The notes under the pieces were generated by a model, which saw nothing but the letters and a program-made list of their open reading frames with translations, did no database searches and was not told the origin of the DNA. The position numbers and the translations under genes were made by a program. A stretch of DNA of 35,757 nucleotides from Candidatus Rokuibacteriota bacterium (GTDB taxonomy: Bacteria; Methylomirabilota; Methylomirabilia; Rokubacteriales; DASRDR01). Each line of letters starts with the position of its first letter. Position 1 is the stretch's first letter. Shown here in pieces: positions 20,470 to 31,346 of the stretch. The DNA lies in assembly GCA_044866005.1 (NCBI GenBank), contig JBIOTN010000064.1, positions 1 to 35,757 of the forward strand. Reading direction: 5' to 3'.

Positions 20470-21378
20470 CTATTCGGCGAGGACCTTGTCCAGACTGCCC
20501 TTCACCCGCTCGAGGTCCCGCTCGTACTTGACGAGCAGCGTGAGGGTCGCCTCCACGAGCCCGGGCTCGAGCCGATCCGCGTTCAGGATCACGAGCGAGC
20601 GGACCCAGTCGAGGCTCTCCGAGATGGAGGGCGCCTTCCGGAGCTCCAGGGCGCGGATGCGCTGGACCGCCGACACGACCTCCCGGGCGAGGCGCTCGCT
20701 CGCTTCCGGGACCTTCAGGCGGATGATGGCAAGCTCCTCGGCCGGCGTCGGAAAGTCGATGAAGAGGTGGAGGCAGCGGCGCTTGAGCCCGTCGCTGAGC
20801 TCCCGGGCGTTGTTCGAGGTGAGGACGACCAGCGGCAGGTGGCGGGCCTTGATCGTCCCGAGCTCCGGCACGGAGACCTGCCAGTCGGAGAGCACCTCGA
20901 GGAGGAAGGCCTCGAACTCGACCTCGGCCTTGTCGATCTCGTCCACGAGCAAGACGACCGGCTCGTCCGCGAGGATCGCGGCCAGGAGCGGGCGTGGGGA
21001 GAGGAACCGGTGGGAGAAGAACGCGTCTTCCTGGCGGGCCACCTTCTCCACGGCGTCGGCCAGCGACGGCGCGCCGGCGATCACCTCGCCGATCCGCTCC
21101 CGGAGGATCTGCGTGTAGAGGAGCTGCTTGGCGTACTTCCACTCGTAGAGGGCCTTGGCCTCGTCGAGGCCCTCGTAGCACTGGAGGCGGATCAGGGGCC
21201 GGCGGAGGGACTCCGCGAGGACCTTCGCCAGCTCGGTCTTTCCGACGCCCGCGGGGCCCTCGACCAGGACCGGCCGGTTCATGCGGGCGGCCAGATAGAC
21301 GACCGTCGCGACGCGGCGGTTCGCGATGTACTGACTGCCGCGGAACCGCTCCTGGATCTCCTCGACGGACGCGAACAT
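20470..21378 (-). CDS. MoxR-family AAA+ ATPase (CoxD-like)
   Basis: GPAGVGKT, RLQCYEGLDE.KALYEW.Y.KQLL, LLVDEIDK, LTSN..RELSD.LKRRC. Confidence 0.95.
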   Translation of the reverse strand: MFASVEEIQERFRGSQYIANRRVATVVYLAARMNRPVLVEGPAGVGKTELAKVLAESLRRPLIRLQCYEGLDEAKALYEWKYAKQLLYTQILRERIGEVIAGAPSLADAVEKVARQEDAFFSHRFLSPRPLLAAILADEPVVLLVDEIDKAEVEFEAFLLEVLSDWQVSVPELGTIKARHLPLVVLTSNNARELSDGLKRRCLHLFIDFPTPAEELAIIRLKVPEASERLAREVVSAVQRIRALELRKAPSISESLDWVRSLVILNADRLEPGLVEATLTLLVKYERDLERVKGSLDKVLAE

Positions 21379-21444
21379 GCGAGTCTCCTTGGGCCCTGGA
21401 CGTGGCCCTGAGAATGATAACGCGGCGAGGGCCCGCGCGCCAAA

Positions 21445-22707
21445 TCAGCCGCGAGGTTCCGGGAGGAGGAGGGCGACGCCGAAGCCCGCGAGCGGCATGG
21501 TCCCGATCACCACGAGCGTCGTCCAGAGTCCCCAGTGGTCCGCGACCCAGCCCAGCAGCGCCACCCCGACCCCGCCCGTGCCGATGGCCAGCCCGACGAT
21601 CAGGCCGGCCGCCATGCCGAGGCGCCGCGGGAGGTAGGCCTGGCCGAGCGCCACCGTGACCGAGAACGAGGAGACCAGCACGAAGCCCGCCGCCGCCAGG
21701 CAGAGGGCCGCCAGCCAGCCGCCGGGGCGGAGCAGAAAGACGGCGATCAGCGGGGTCACGAGCGCGAGGCTGTAGGTCACGTAAGGCCGCGCGCCCCAGC
21801 GGTCGGCGATGGGGCCGCCGACCAGGGTCCCCACCGCGCCCGCGGCGAGGAACGCGAAGAGCAGCGGCCCGACCACGCGCGGATCGGCCTCCAGGACGTC
21901 CACGTAGAAGAAGGGGACGTAGCTCACCAGGCCCAGCTGGACCCACGAGCGCACGGTGACGACGGCGATCAGGAGCGCCATCGCGGTCCGCATGTCGCGC
22001 GGGGGCGCCCCGCCGCGGGCAAGCTCGGTGCGCGGCGCGGCGGGCACCAGGGTCGGCAGGACGGCGGCGATCAGGAGCGCCACGACGAGGCCCGGGGCCA
22101 GCATGCCGAGGGTGCCGCGCAGGCTCAGCCCGGTGACGAGCGCGGTGATCACGGGCGGGCCGAGCGCGATCCCGACGTTGCCGCCGACCGAGAAGAAGGA
22201 GAGCCCGGTGGCCTTGCGCGCGCCTGCCACCTGGTTCGCGGCCTTGTACCCCTCGGGGTGGTAGGCCGCGACGCCGAGGCCCGCCACGACGACGAGCACC
22301 AGCAGGACGCCGTACGACGGCGCCCAGCCCGACAGCCCGATCCCGAGCGACGCGAGGACGAGCGCCCACGGAAGCAGCCAGCGCCGCGCCGTGCGGTCCG
22401 CGAGATAGCCGAAGACGGGCTGGATCACCGACGAGGTCAGGTTGGCGACCAGGATGATGGCGCCCGCCGCCGCGTACGAGAGCCCGAACCGGGTCTTGAG
22501 AAACGGAAGCAGTGCGGGGAGCGATCCCTGGTTCATGTCGATGACGAGGTGGCCGATGGCGAGGAGGGCGAGGGCACGCGCGTCCAGGCGGGCCGGCGCG
22601 CCGGCGGCGGCGGCGCTCCCGTCGCGCGGCCCCGGGGCCGCCGCCTCGGCTACCTCCGCCTCCGCCAGATCGGGGGCCCGCCGGGCCGCCGGCGCCGGAT
22701 CGCGCAT
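21445..22707 (-). CDS. MFS transporter, Fsr-like
   Basis: GH..ID..QG.LPALLP, QPVFGYLADR, G.AAYHPE, GG..ADRWG; about 12 TM segments. Confidence 0.9.
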   Translation of the reverse strand: MRDPAPAARRAPDLAEAEVAEAAAPGPRDGSAAAAGAPARLDARALALLAIGHLVIDMNQGSLPALLPFLKTRFGLSYAAAGAIILVANLTSSVIQPVFGYLADRTARRWLLPWALVLASLGIGLSGWAPSYGVLLVLVVVAGLGVAAYHPEGYKAANQVAGARKATGLSFFSVGGNVGIALGPPVITALVTGLSLRGTLGMLAPGLVVALLIAAVLPTLVPAAPRTELARGGAPPRDMRTAMALLIAVVTVRSWVQLGLVSYVPFFYVDVLEADPRVVGPLLFAFLAAGAVGTLVGGPIADRWGARPYVTYSLALVTPLIAVFLLRPGGWLAALCLAAAGFVLVSSFSVTVALGQAYLPRRLGMAAGLIVGLAIGTGGVGVALLGWVADHWGLWTTLVVIGTMPLAGFGVALLLPEPRG

Positions 22708-22794
22708 GTGCGCCATCGTACCCCGCACGTCACGGAGTGTCCACCGCGGCGCGGCGCGGCGACCGTCCGAGCCGCGCGCGACGGACCAGGGCGT

Positions 22795-23009
22795 GCCGGA
22801 GGAAGCGAACCGAGGCCGGTCGCGCGCAGCGGGAGCGGGCTACTGGCCGTGGTGCCGTTGCCGAGCTGGCCCGAGGCGTTCTGGCCCCAGGCCCAGACAC
22901 CGGGCACCTGAGCCTGGGCGGGCCGCGGATGGAGGAGCGCGACGAGAAGACCGACGACGGCGAAGGCCCGGAGACCGGTGCTCCCGAGGCCAGTCACACC
23001 CTTCCCCAT
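22795..23009 (-). pseudogene. Truncated secreted RCC1-repeat protein
   Basis: GGAGG RBS, signal peptide ending AQA, a single RCC1 repeat VWAWGQNASGQLGNGTT..SP.P, then the sequence degenerates. Confidence 0.72.
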
Positions 23010-23122
23010 CTCACGTCCCTCCCTGGGCCGCCGCGCGCGGAGACGCCCGCCGGGGTCGCGCCGGCCGGCCACCGGCTCGGTCTCCCCGGCAGTCGCGGCA
23101 TGGGCTCGACCGACAGAGCCAC

Positions 23123-23138
23123 AGCAACGGCAGTGCCA
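23123..23138 (-). promoter_or_regulatory. sigma54 promoter upstream of the RCC1 remnant
   Basis: TGGCACTGCCGTTGCT, exact TGGCAC-N5-TTGCW consensus. Confidence 0.75.
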
Positions 23139-23440
23139 ACGGCGGGCCGCGTGAAATCCGGATACTTTGCCGCCCGGGGGGTCCGTCCGCAGCCGGCGCT
23201 GGTGGTGGTCGTTCGCCGAAGACTTCGGCAGCGCCCGGGCACCCGTGGGGGCCACGCGCTCGCCCTGTCGCCGATCGTCCGGCGAGCGACCGAGGCAGAC
23301 CCTGGTGGCAGTCGTCGGGTACTGCCGAGGGCGGGGCGGAAAACCCCACCTCGCGCGCCCGGCCGCGCGGGCGATCCCACGCGGCGTCAGCCGCGCCACG
23401 GGCTTGTGGCGACGTCGAGCCGCGGTATACCCTGGCACCG

Positions 23441-24565
23441 ATGCACGACCCCGACGCGGAGGCGCGCCGCTACCACGGGCGGCAGCTCGTTCTCTCGATC
23501 GCCGCGTTTCTCCTCACGCTCGGCGTCCTGGGGGCGTGGCTCGCGACCGGCGCGGCCGCGGCCCTCGCCGGCTGGCTCGCGACGCGCGGAGCCGGGCGCG
23601 CCGCGGTCGTCGCGACGCTCCTCCTCCTCGTCGGGAGCTCCACCGCGGTGGCGACCCTTCCGCTCGACGTCCTCCGCGGCTTCGTCCTGCCGCGCCGCGC
23701 CGGGCTCTCGACGCAGTCCTTCCGGAGCTGGCTCGCCGACCGAGCCAAGGCCGGCGCCATCGGCGGGGCGCTCGGGCTCGTCGCGTTCGAGCTGGTCTAC
23801 CTGCTCCTCGCCTGGAGCCCGAGCTGGTGGTGGCTGTGGAGCGCGGGGGCGCTCGCCGCGGGGAGCGTCCTGCTCGCGGCGGTCGTGCCGGTCTGGATCG
23901 TGCCCCTCTTCTATCGGCTGACGCCGCTCGAGGATCCGGGGCTCCGCGCGCGACTGCTCGCCCTCGCGGCGCGCGTGGGGGTGGCGGCGGCCGACGTCGT
24001 GGTGGCCGACTTCTCGCGCAAGGGCCGGACCGCCAACGCCGGCGTGGTCGGGCTCGGCCGCACGCGGCGGATCCTCGTCAGCGACACGCTGCTCGCGGCG
24101 TTCCCCGTGGACGAGGTGGAGGTCGTGCTGGCGCACGAGGTCGCGCACCACGCGCGGGGCCACCTGAGCCAGGGCCTCGCGCTCCAGACCCTCCTCCTCG
24201 TCCTCGTGTTCGCCCTGGCCCACGTGGCGCTCGCCCGGGCGGCCGCGGCGCTCGCGCTCGCGGGCCCCGCGGACCCGGCCGGCGTGCCCCTCGTGGCGCT
24301 CGTCCTGACCGCCCTGGGGCTCGTCGTCACGCCGATCGCCGCCGGGTGGTCGCGGCGCCTCGAGCGCGAGGCCGACGCGGTCGCGCTCGACGTCACGCGC
24401 GCGCCCGCGGCCTTCGTGACCGCGATGGAGCGGCTCGGCCGGCTGAACCTCGCCGAACACCGGCCCAACCGGCTCAAGGAGCTGCTCTTCGCCACGCACC
24501 CGCCGCTCGAGAAGCGCATCGCGGTGGCGCGCGCGGTCGAGCGCCGGCTGGCGGGCGCGGCGTGA
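23441..24565 (+). CDS. M48 family (Ste24/HtpX-like) membrane zinc metalloprotease
   Basis: HEVAH zinc motif, SR..EREAD, ANA...GLG.TRRI...DTLL, THPPL..RI. Confidence 0.93.
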   Translation: MHDPDAEARRYHGRQLVLSIAAFLLTLGVLGAWLATGAAAALAGWLATRGAGRAAVVATLLLLVGSSTAVATLPLDVLRGFVLPRRAGLSTQSFRSWLADRAKAGAIGGALGLVAFELVYLLLAWSPSWWWLWSAGALAAGSVLLAAVVPVWIVPLFYRLTPLEDPGLRARLLALAARVGVAAADVVVADFSRKGRTANAGVVGLGRTRRILVSDTLLAAFPVDEVEVVLAHEVAHHARGHLSQGLALQTLLLVLVFALAHVALARAAAALALAGPADPAGVPLVALVLTALGLVVTPIAAGWSRRLEREADAVALDVTRAPAAFVTAMERLGRLNLAEHRPNRLKELLFATHPPLEKRIAVARAVERRLAGAA

Positions 24566-25476
24566 GCACGTCCCCGCGCGCCGAGCTGCGTCGCCTGGTG
24601 AGCCGGCGGAGCGCGCTCGTCGTGCCCGGCGCCTACGACGGCGTCTCGGCGCGCCTGGTCGAGCGCGCCGGCTTCCCGGCCGTCTACATGACCGGCTACG
24701 GCACCTCGGCCTCCCGCCTGGGGCTCCCCGACCTCGGCTTCGCGGGGCTCGCCGAGATGGCCGAGAGCGTGCGCCAGCTCGCCGCCGCGGTCCGGATCCC
24801 GCTCATCGCCGACGCCGACACGGGGTACGGCGGCGCGCTGGCGGTCGAGCGCACGGTCCGGGCGTACGAGGCGGCGGGCGCCGCGGCGCTCCACCTCGAG
24901 GACCAGGTGTGGCCCAAGCGCTGCGGCCATCTCGCCGGCAAGGCGGTGGTCCCGCGGGACGAGATGGTCGCCAAGCTCCGCGCGGCGGTGGCCGCGCGGC
25001 GCGATCCCGACCTCCTGATCATCGCGCGGACCGACGCCGTCGCGGTCACCGGCTTCGACGACGCGATCGCGCGCGCCGAGGCGTACGCCGCCGCGGGCGC
25101 GGACGTGCTCTTCGTGGAGGCGCCCACGACCGTCGCGGAGGTCGAGGCGATCCCCGGGCGCCTCCGCGCGCCCTGCCTCTTCAACTACGCCCCGGGGGGA
25201 CGGAGCCCGCTGCTGCCGGTGGCGCGCCTCGCCGCCCTCGGCTACGCCCTCGTCCTCCTGCCGGTCCAGACCCTCTTCGCCGCGACGCGCGCCATGCAGG
25301 AGTACCTCCAGGCGCTCAAGGAAGCCGGCGAGCCGGCGGCGCTGGCCGACCGCCTCGCCCCGTTCGCCGAGTTCAACGCCTTGCTCGGCCTCCCCGAGCT
25401 GCTCGACCGCGACGCGCGCCTCCGCGCGGGGGACGCCCCGGGCGTGGCGTCGCCCCGCGCACGGGAGTCGGGATGA
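24562..25476 (+). CDS. Isocitrate lyase/PEP mutase family (PrpB/2,3-dimethylmalate lyase-like)
   Basis: PGAYDG.SAR, DADTGYG, LEDQVWPKRCGH, ARTDA, F.EAP; GTGA overlap with the upstream stop. Confidence 0.9.
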   Translation: MSTSPRAELRRLVSRRSALVVPGAYDGVSARLVERAGFPAVYMTGYGTSASRLGLPDLGFAGLAEMAESVRQLAAAVRIPLIADADTGYGGALAVERTVRAYEAAGAAALHLEDQVWPKRCGHLAGKAVVPRDEMVAKLRAAVAARRDPDLLIIARTDAVAVTGFDDAIARAEAYAAAGADVLFVEAPTTVAEVEAIPGRLRAPCLFNYAPGGRSPLLPVARLAALGYALVLLPVQTLFAATRAMQEYLQALKEAGEPAALADRLAPFAEFNALLGLPELLDRDARLRAGDAPGVASPRARESG

Positions 25477-26654
25477 GCGACGTCGACGCGCTGAAGACGA
25501 CCGTGGCGGAGACGGTGGACCGGCTGGCCGACGAGCTCTGGCAGCTCGCCCTCCGGATCCACGCGAACCCCGAGCTCTGCTATCAGGAGGAGAAGGCGGC
25601 CGCCTGGCTCACCGAGTTCCTCGACCGGCAGGGCTGCCGGGTGGAGCGCGGCGCGGGCGGGGTCCCGACGGCCTTCCGCGCCGAGGCGCCGGGCGGCGGG
25701 GCGGGGCCGACCGTGGCGGTCATGGCGGAGTACGACGCGCTGCCCGCGATCGGGCACGCCTGCGGTCACAACGTCATCGCGACGGCCGCGGCCGGGGCGG
25801 GCGCGGCGCTCGCCGCGGTCGGCGGGCGGGGCCTCCCGGGACGCGTCGTCGTGATCGGGACGCCGGCCGAGGAAGGCGGCGCGGGGAAGGTCCGCCTGCT
25901 CCAGGCGGGCGTCTTCCGCGACGTGGACGTGGCGATGATGATCCACCCCCTCTGCCGCACCCGGCTCTGGCGCCCGGCCCTCGGCCTCACCAAGGCGAAG
26001 GTCGAGTACTTCGGCAAGGCCGCGCATGCCTCCTCCGCGCCGTGGCAGGGCGTGAACGCGCTCAATGCCCTGATCGGACTCTTCAACGCGCTCGACGCCA
26101 TGCGCCAGCAGCTCCGTCCCGACGCGCGACTCCACGGGGTGATCACGGCCGGCGGGCAGCAGGCGAACATCATCCCGGAGTACACGGCGGCGGAGTTCTA
26201 CCTGCGCTCGCCCGATCGGGCCTATCTAAAGGAGCTGCGCCGGCGGTTCGAGGCCGCGGCCGAGGCGGCGGCGCTCGCCACGGGGGCGCGCGTCCAGGTG
26301 ACGTTCGACCCGATCGTCCACGAGCCGATGAAGCCGAACTTCACCATGCTGGAGCTGTTCGGCAAGAACCTGGAGCGGCTCGGCGTCCGCGTGGACGCCG
26401 AGGACACGCAGGGCTACGGCTCGACGGACGCGGGCAACGTGAGCCAGGCCTTGCCCACGATCCACCCCTACATCCAGGTGGCCCCCGACGGCGTGGCGAA
26501 TCACTCGCGCGAGTTCACGGAGGCCGCCGCCTCGCCGCTCGCCCGCGCGGCGATGGTGGCGGCGGCCAAGGCCCTGGCCATGACCGCGCTCGACCTGCTC
26601 GGGGACCCCTCGGCCGTCGCGGCCGCGAAAGCCGAGTTCGCCCGCACGGCGTGA
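25473..26654 (+). CDS. M20 family amidohydrolase (Acy1L2/PM20D2-like)
   Basis: HANPEL..QE, AEYDALP.IGHACGHN, GTPAEEGG.GK, GSTD.GNVS; ATGA overlap. Confidence 0.92.
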   Translation: MSDVDALKTTVAETVDRLADELWQLALRIHANPELCYQEEKAAAWLTEFLDRQGCRVERGAGGVPTAFRAEAPGGGAGPTVAVMAEYDALPAIGHACGHNVIATAAAGAGAALAAVGGRGLPGRVVVIGTPAEEGGAGKVRLLQAGVFRDVDVAMMIHPLCRTRLWRPALGLTKAKVEYFGKAAHASSAPWQGVNALNALIGLFNALDAMRQQLRPDARLHGVITAGGQQANIIPEYTAAEFYLRSPDRAYLKELRRRFEAAAEAAALATGARVQVTFDPIVHEPMKPNFTMLELFGKNLERLGVRVDAEDTQGYGSTDAGNVSQALPTIHPYIQVAPDGVANHSREFTEAAASPLARAAMVAAAKALAMTALDLLGDPSAVAAAKAEFARTA

Positions 26655-26689
26655 GCCAGGCCCGGGGGGGCGCACAGGAGGGCACCGGT

Positions 26690-27157
26690 ATGTTCGCGTG
26701 GTTGACGTCCCTGTTCAGGCGGCCCCGGCCCGCCGGCCCGCCGCAGCGACTCCGGAGCTTCGGCTCAGGGGATCGGCCCATTACCCGGGATGGGCTCACC
26801 GGGGAGGGCGACGGCTGGCGAGTCGAGTCGCGCGAGGCCCGGACGGTCCGGCTCTTCGAGGTGCCACAGCCGGGCGTCGAGCAGTGCATCCTGAGCTACC
26901 GTGCCCGGATGAAGACCGAGGCGGCGCAGGGGCGCGTCTACCTGGAAATGTGGTGTCGCCTGCCCGGGTCCGGCGAGTTCTTCTCGAAAGGCTTCCACCA
27001 GGCCGTCAGAGGCACGACGGGCTGGGCATCGTACGAGGTGCCCTTCTACCTGAAGCAAGGGCAGCGACCTGATCTCATCAAGCTGAACGTCGCGATGGAG
27101 GGACCGGGAACGGTCTGGGTCGAGGACGTCGAGCTGCTCAAGACGCCGCTGACATAG
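26690..27157 (+). CDS. Hypothetical beta-sandwich (carbohydrate-binding-like) protein
   Basis: AGGAGG RBS; YLEMWCRLPG.GEFFSKG, W..YEVPF.L, G.GTVW.EDVEL pattern. Confidence 0.7.
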   Translation: MFAWLTSLFRRPRPAGPPQRLRSFGSGDRPITRDGLTGEGDGWRVESREARTVRLFEVPQPGVEQCILSYRARMKTEAAQGRVYLEMWCRLPGSGEFFSKGFHQAVRGTTGWASYEVPFYLKQGQRPDLIKLNVAMEGPGTVWVEDVELLKTPLT

Positions 27158-27244
27158 CCGCGCATCGGAGCGCGCGATCGGAGCTCCCCATGCGCTGGCC
27201 GACGCCCGAAGCGCAGAGTATGGTCTGGGGAGGCTTTTGACGGC

Positions 27245-27670
27245 TTAGCGAGCTTTGGTCCGAGTGGAGAAGCTGACCTCCCAATCCTCCCGGGTCCGCT
27301 CGTCTATCCAACATCGCCAGACGTACCGGGACTCCGCTTGCAGCGGAAGTGGCCCTATGTTGAGCGCCAGCACGACATCGAGGGGCGTGCCGGGCTTGAG
27401 CCCGGCGGGCCGGCCGGCCTCGAACTCTCCGGCGATCTCCACGGGCGTGTCCCCAATCGGCGTCGGGGCCATGACCGCTCGACCGTCGGCATCGATGAGC
27501 GCCAGCCGAAAGCTATGCTTCTTGTTGCCCTCGTCCCAAGGGACCTCGACCTTTATTGCAATCGCAGACGGCGTGGGCTCAGGCCCGATGATCGACCATC
27601 CACCTCCCAGGACGTAGAGCTTGCCGGCAACCGCCTGGACCGCGTCCGCCAGCAGCATCGTGAGTTTCAT
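27245..27670 (-). CDS. Conserved hypothetical protein (DUF6941-like)
   Basis: MLLADA.Q...GKLYVLGGGWS pattern; ATG directly follows the thyX stop. Confidence 0.78.
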   Translation of the reverse strand: MKLTMLLADAVQAVAGKLYVLGGGWSIIGPEPTPSAIAIKVEVPWDEGNKKHSFRLALIDADGRAVMAPTPIGDTPVEIAGEFEAGRPAGLKPGTPLDVVLALNIGPLPLQAESRYVWRCWIDERTREDWEVSFSTRTKAR

Positions 27671-29422
<1,752 letters not shown>

Positions 29423-29556
29423 GCTGTCGGCCGACCTCGCGCGGCATTCTACCACGCGGGTGCCGCCGGGGGCGGCGGGCCCGCCCGAGACAGCGCGAGG
29501 CCGGCCCGGTCGGCGCGACCGAGCACGGCCTCGCGTGGCGCGGAACGGCGCCGGGC

Positions 29557-30231
29557 TTAGAAACCCTCGGAGGCGCGTGGGGTCGGCGGGGGATAGCTCT
29601 GCCGGCCGGCCGGCCCGCCGGGATAGACGGCGCCGCCGGCTTCGCTCTCGGACCGACGGCGGCCGACCCCCGAGCTTCGCCGGGCCGCGCCGGGGGCGCC
29701 CGCCTCGAGCAGGTCGCGGACCCACGCGGTGAAGGCGGGCACCGCGGTCGTCTCCACTGCTTCCGCCACGTCGTCGATCAGCCGATTCACGATCGCCTCG
29801 AGCCGTGAGCCCAGGCGGCCGACCGACTGGTTCAGCGACTGGCCCACGGCGCGGCGCGCCCCCGACAGGGCGGAGCCGGCCGCGTGCTCGCGGCTCTCGT
29901 AGGCGGCCTGCGCCCGGGCCTCCGTCGTCGTCAGCCCGGACTCTCCGAAGCTCTCCGCGAGGCGCGGATCGTAGCCGCCGTAGCCGTACCGCTCGGGCTG
30001 GGCCCCACCATCCCGCCGCAGGACCAGCGTCGCCACACCCCGACCCACGACCATGCCGACCGCCACCGCGAGGGTGAGGCTCGCGCCCGGATAGCGATTC
30101 ACGTAGTGCCGCCAGTCGAGCGTCTCACCCACCTTGCCTCGCAGCTCGCCGACGGTGTCCCGGATCGAGGTCCGAGTGCTCTCCATGGTCTCCCTCAGCC
30201 TTGCTCGGTCTAAAGCTCGTGCTTGATCCAC
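29557..30231 (-). CDS. DUF3618/YqjK-like protein
   Basis: 'TR..IRDTV.EL..KV...LDWRHYV.RYP' plus a TM helix; third gene of a YqjD/E/K-like operon. Confidence 0.75.
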   Translation of the reverse strand: MDQARALDRARLRETMESTRTSIRDTVGELRGKVGETLDWRHYVNRYPGASLTLAVAVGMVVGRGVATLVLRRDGGAQPERYGYGGYDPRLAESFGESGLTTTEARAQAAYESREHAAGSALSGARRAVGQSLNQSVGRLGSRLEAIVNRLIDDVAEAVETTAVPAFTAWVRDLLEAGAPGAARRSSGVGRRRSESEAGGAVYPGGPAGRQSYPPPTPRASEGF

Positions 30232-30638
30232 TGAACGTCCCTCCTGAGCTCCTGCACGGTCTGCTCGGGAACCAGGCGCTGCGCGGCGAGCCGGCGGCGC
30301 ATGATCACCAGGAGCAGTCCGCCACCGACCGCGAAGGTGCCGCCGACGATGCCGAAGCCCGCGGACGTCGAGCCGACCAGCTCGCCGACCCAGATGGCGA
30401 GAGCGAGGCACAGGAACACGCCCCCGAACGCCGCGAGAAGCGCGCCGACCGCCAGGAAGGCGCTCCGCCGCACGACCGCGGCCAGCTCCTCCCTGAGCTC
30501 GAGCTTGAGGAGGGCGAGCTTCTGGTCCAGGAGGCGCAGGATATCGCCGACGAGCCGGTTGACGAGACCGGTGAAGGTCCGCGAGTCGCCGTCGGTGGCG
30601 CCCGCTCCCGGTCGCGCCTGCGGCTCCCGGATGGCCAT
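30210..30638 (-). CDS. YqjE/phage-holin-like (DUF1469) membrane protein
   Basis: LV..LV.DI..LL.Q.L.LLK.EL, two TM helices, P..T..EL..D..W. Confidence 0.85.
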   Translation of the reverse strand: MAIREPQARPGAGATDGDSRTFTGLVNRLVGDILRLLDQKLALLKLELREELAAVVRRSAFLAVGALLAAFGGVFLCLALAIWVGELVGSTSAGFGIVGGTFAVGGGLLLVIMRRRLAAQRLVPEQTVQELRRDVQWIKHEL

Positions 30639-30639
30639 G

Positions 30640-31005
30640 TTACCGACGTCCCAGCGCCGTGAGCCAGCCGATCAGGAGACCGATGCCGGCCGCGATGAGC
30701 AGCGCGTTCATCGGCTGCTGGCGCGTGTACTCGAGCGCATCGGTCTTGAACCGCTCGAACCCGCCTTCGGTGTACTCCGCCACCCGCTCGCGCGTCTGCT
30801 GGACCGCTTCCTGCACGTAGTCGGCTGCCTGCTGGGCCTGCTCCTTCGCGGAGCTGACGAAGCTCCGGGCCCGGGCGCTCGCCAGGTCGGCGATCCGCCC
30901 GGCCTGCTCGCCCATCTCCCGGGCCGCCTCGCGGCCCTGCTGCTCACCCGGCCACGATGCCGCCGGCTCCGGGCTCCCTGTGCGCTCCCGATTCGTGTCC
31001 ACCAT
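30640..31005 (-). CDS. DUF883 YqjD/ElaB-like membrane-anchored protein
   Basis: GAGGAG RBS; helical body plus C-terminal Y.RQQP..ALLIAAGIGLLIGWL...RR. Confidence 0.85.
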   Translation of the reverse strand: MVDTNRERTGSPEPAASWPGEQQGREAAREMGEQAGRIADLASARARSFVSSAKEQAQQAADYVQEAVQQTRERVAEYTEGGFERFKTDALEYTRQQPMNALLIAAGIGLLIGWLTALGRR

Positions 31006-31101
31006 CGGGCTCCTCCTCTCCCCTGATCCCCAAGGCCACACCCCGGGCCGCGGCGGCCCGGGTCCCCCAAGCCACGCTGTGCGATGTTCGTCCCGGGCTG
31101 C

Positions 31102-31117
31102 CGCAAAAATCATACCG
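31102..31117 (-). promoter_or_regulatory. Putative sigma54 promoter of the yqjDEK-like operon
   Basis: CGGTATGATTTTTGCG = GG-N10-GC, an AT-rich patch in GC-rich DNA. Confidence 0.65.
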
Positions 31118-31268
31118 GGCGGCCTCCGCCCGGGCGCCGATGGCCCGGTCATCGCGACCCGGCAAGAACACGGGCCTGGCACCCGCTCGCGGAGGCGGGG
31201 CCAGATCCCCCGCGGCCGGCGGTGTCGGGCGGGGGGCGTCGGTGTCCGACACCTCGAAGCCCGAGGCG

Positions 31269-31284
31269 TGGCATGTCCGTTGCA
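31269..31284 (+). promoter_or_regulatory. Orphan sigma54-type promoter
   Basis: TGGCATGTCCGTTGCA; no plus-strand gene downstream. Confidence 0.6.
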
Positions 31285-31346
31285 CGGCATCCGACGCTCG
31301 CCCGCCGCCGCGACCGGTGGCCCGGTCTCTGCCCGGCGGGAGCGAG

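Noticed and set aside
18042..21378. Carbon monoxide dehydrogenase locus
   Set aside because: No coxL/M/S genes in the window; CoxD/E-like pairs occur widely as stand-alone chaperone systems.
30210..30638. Prophage lysis gene (holin)
   Set aside because: Sits in a YqjD/E/K-type host operon with no endolysin or phage genes nearby.
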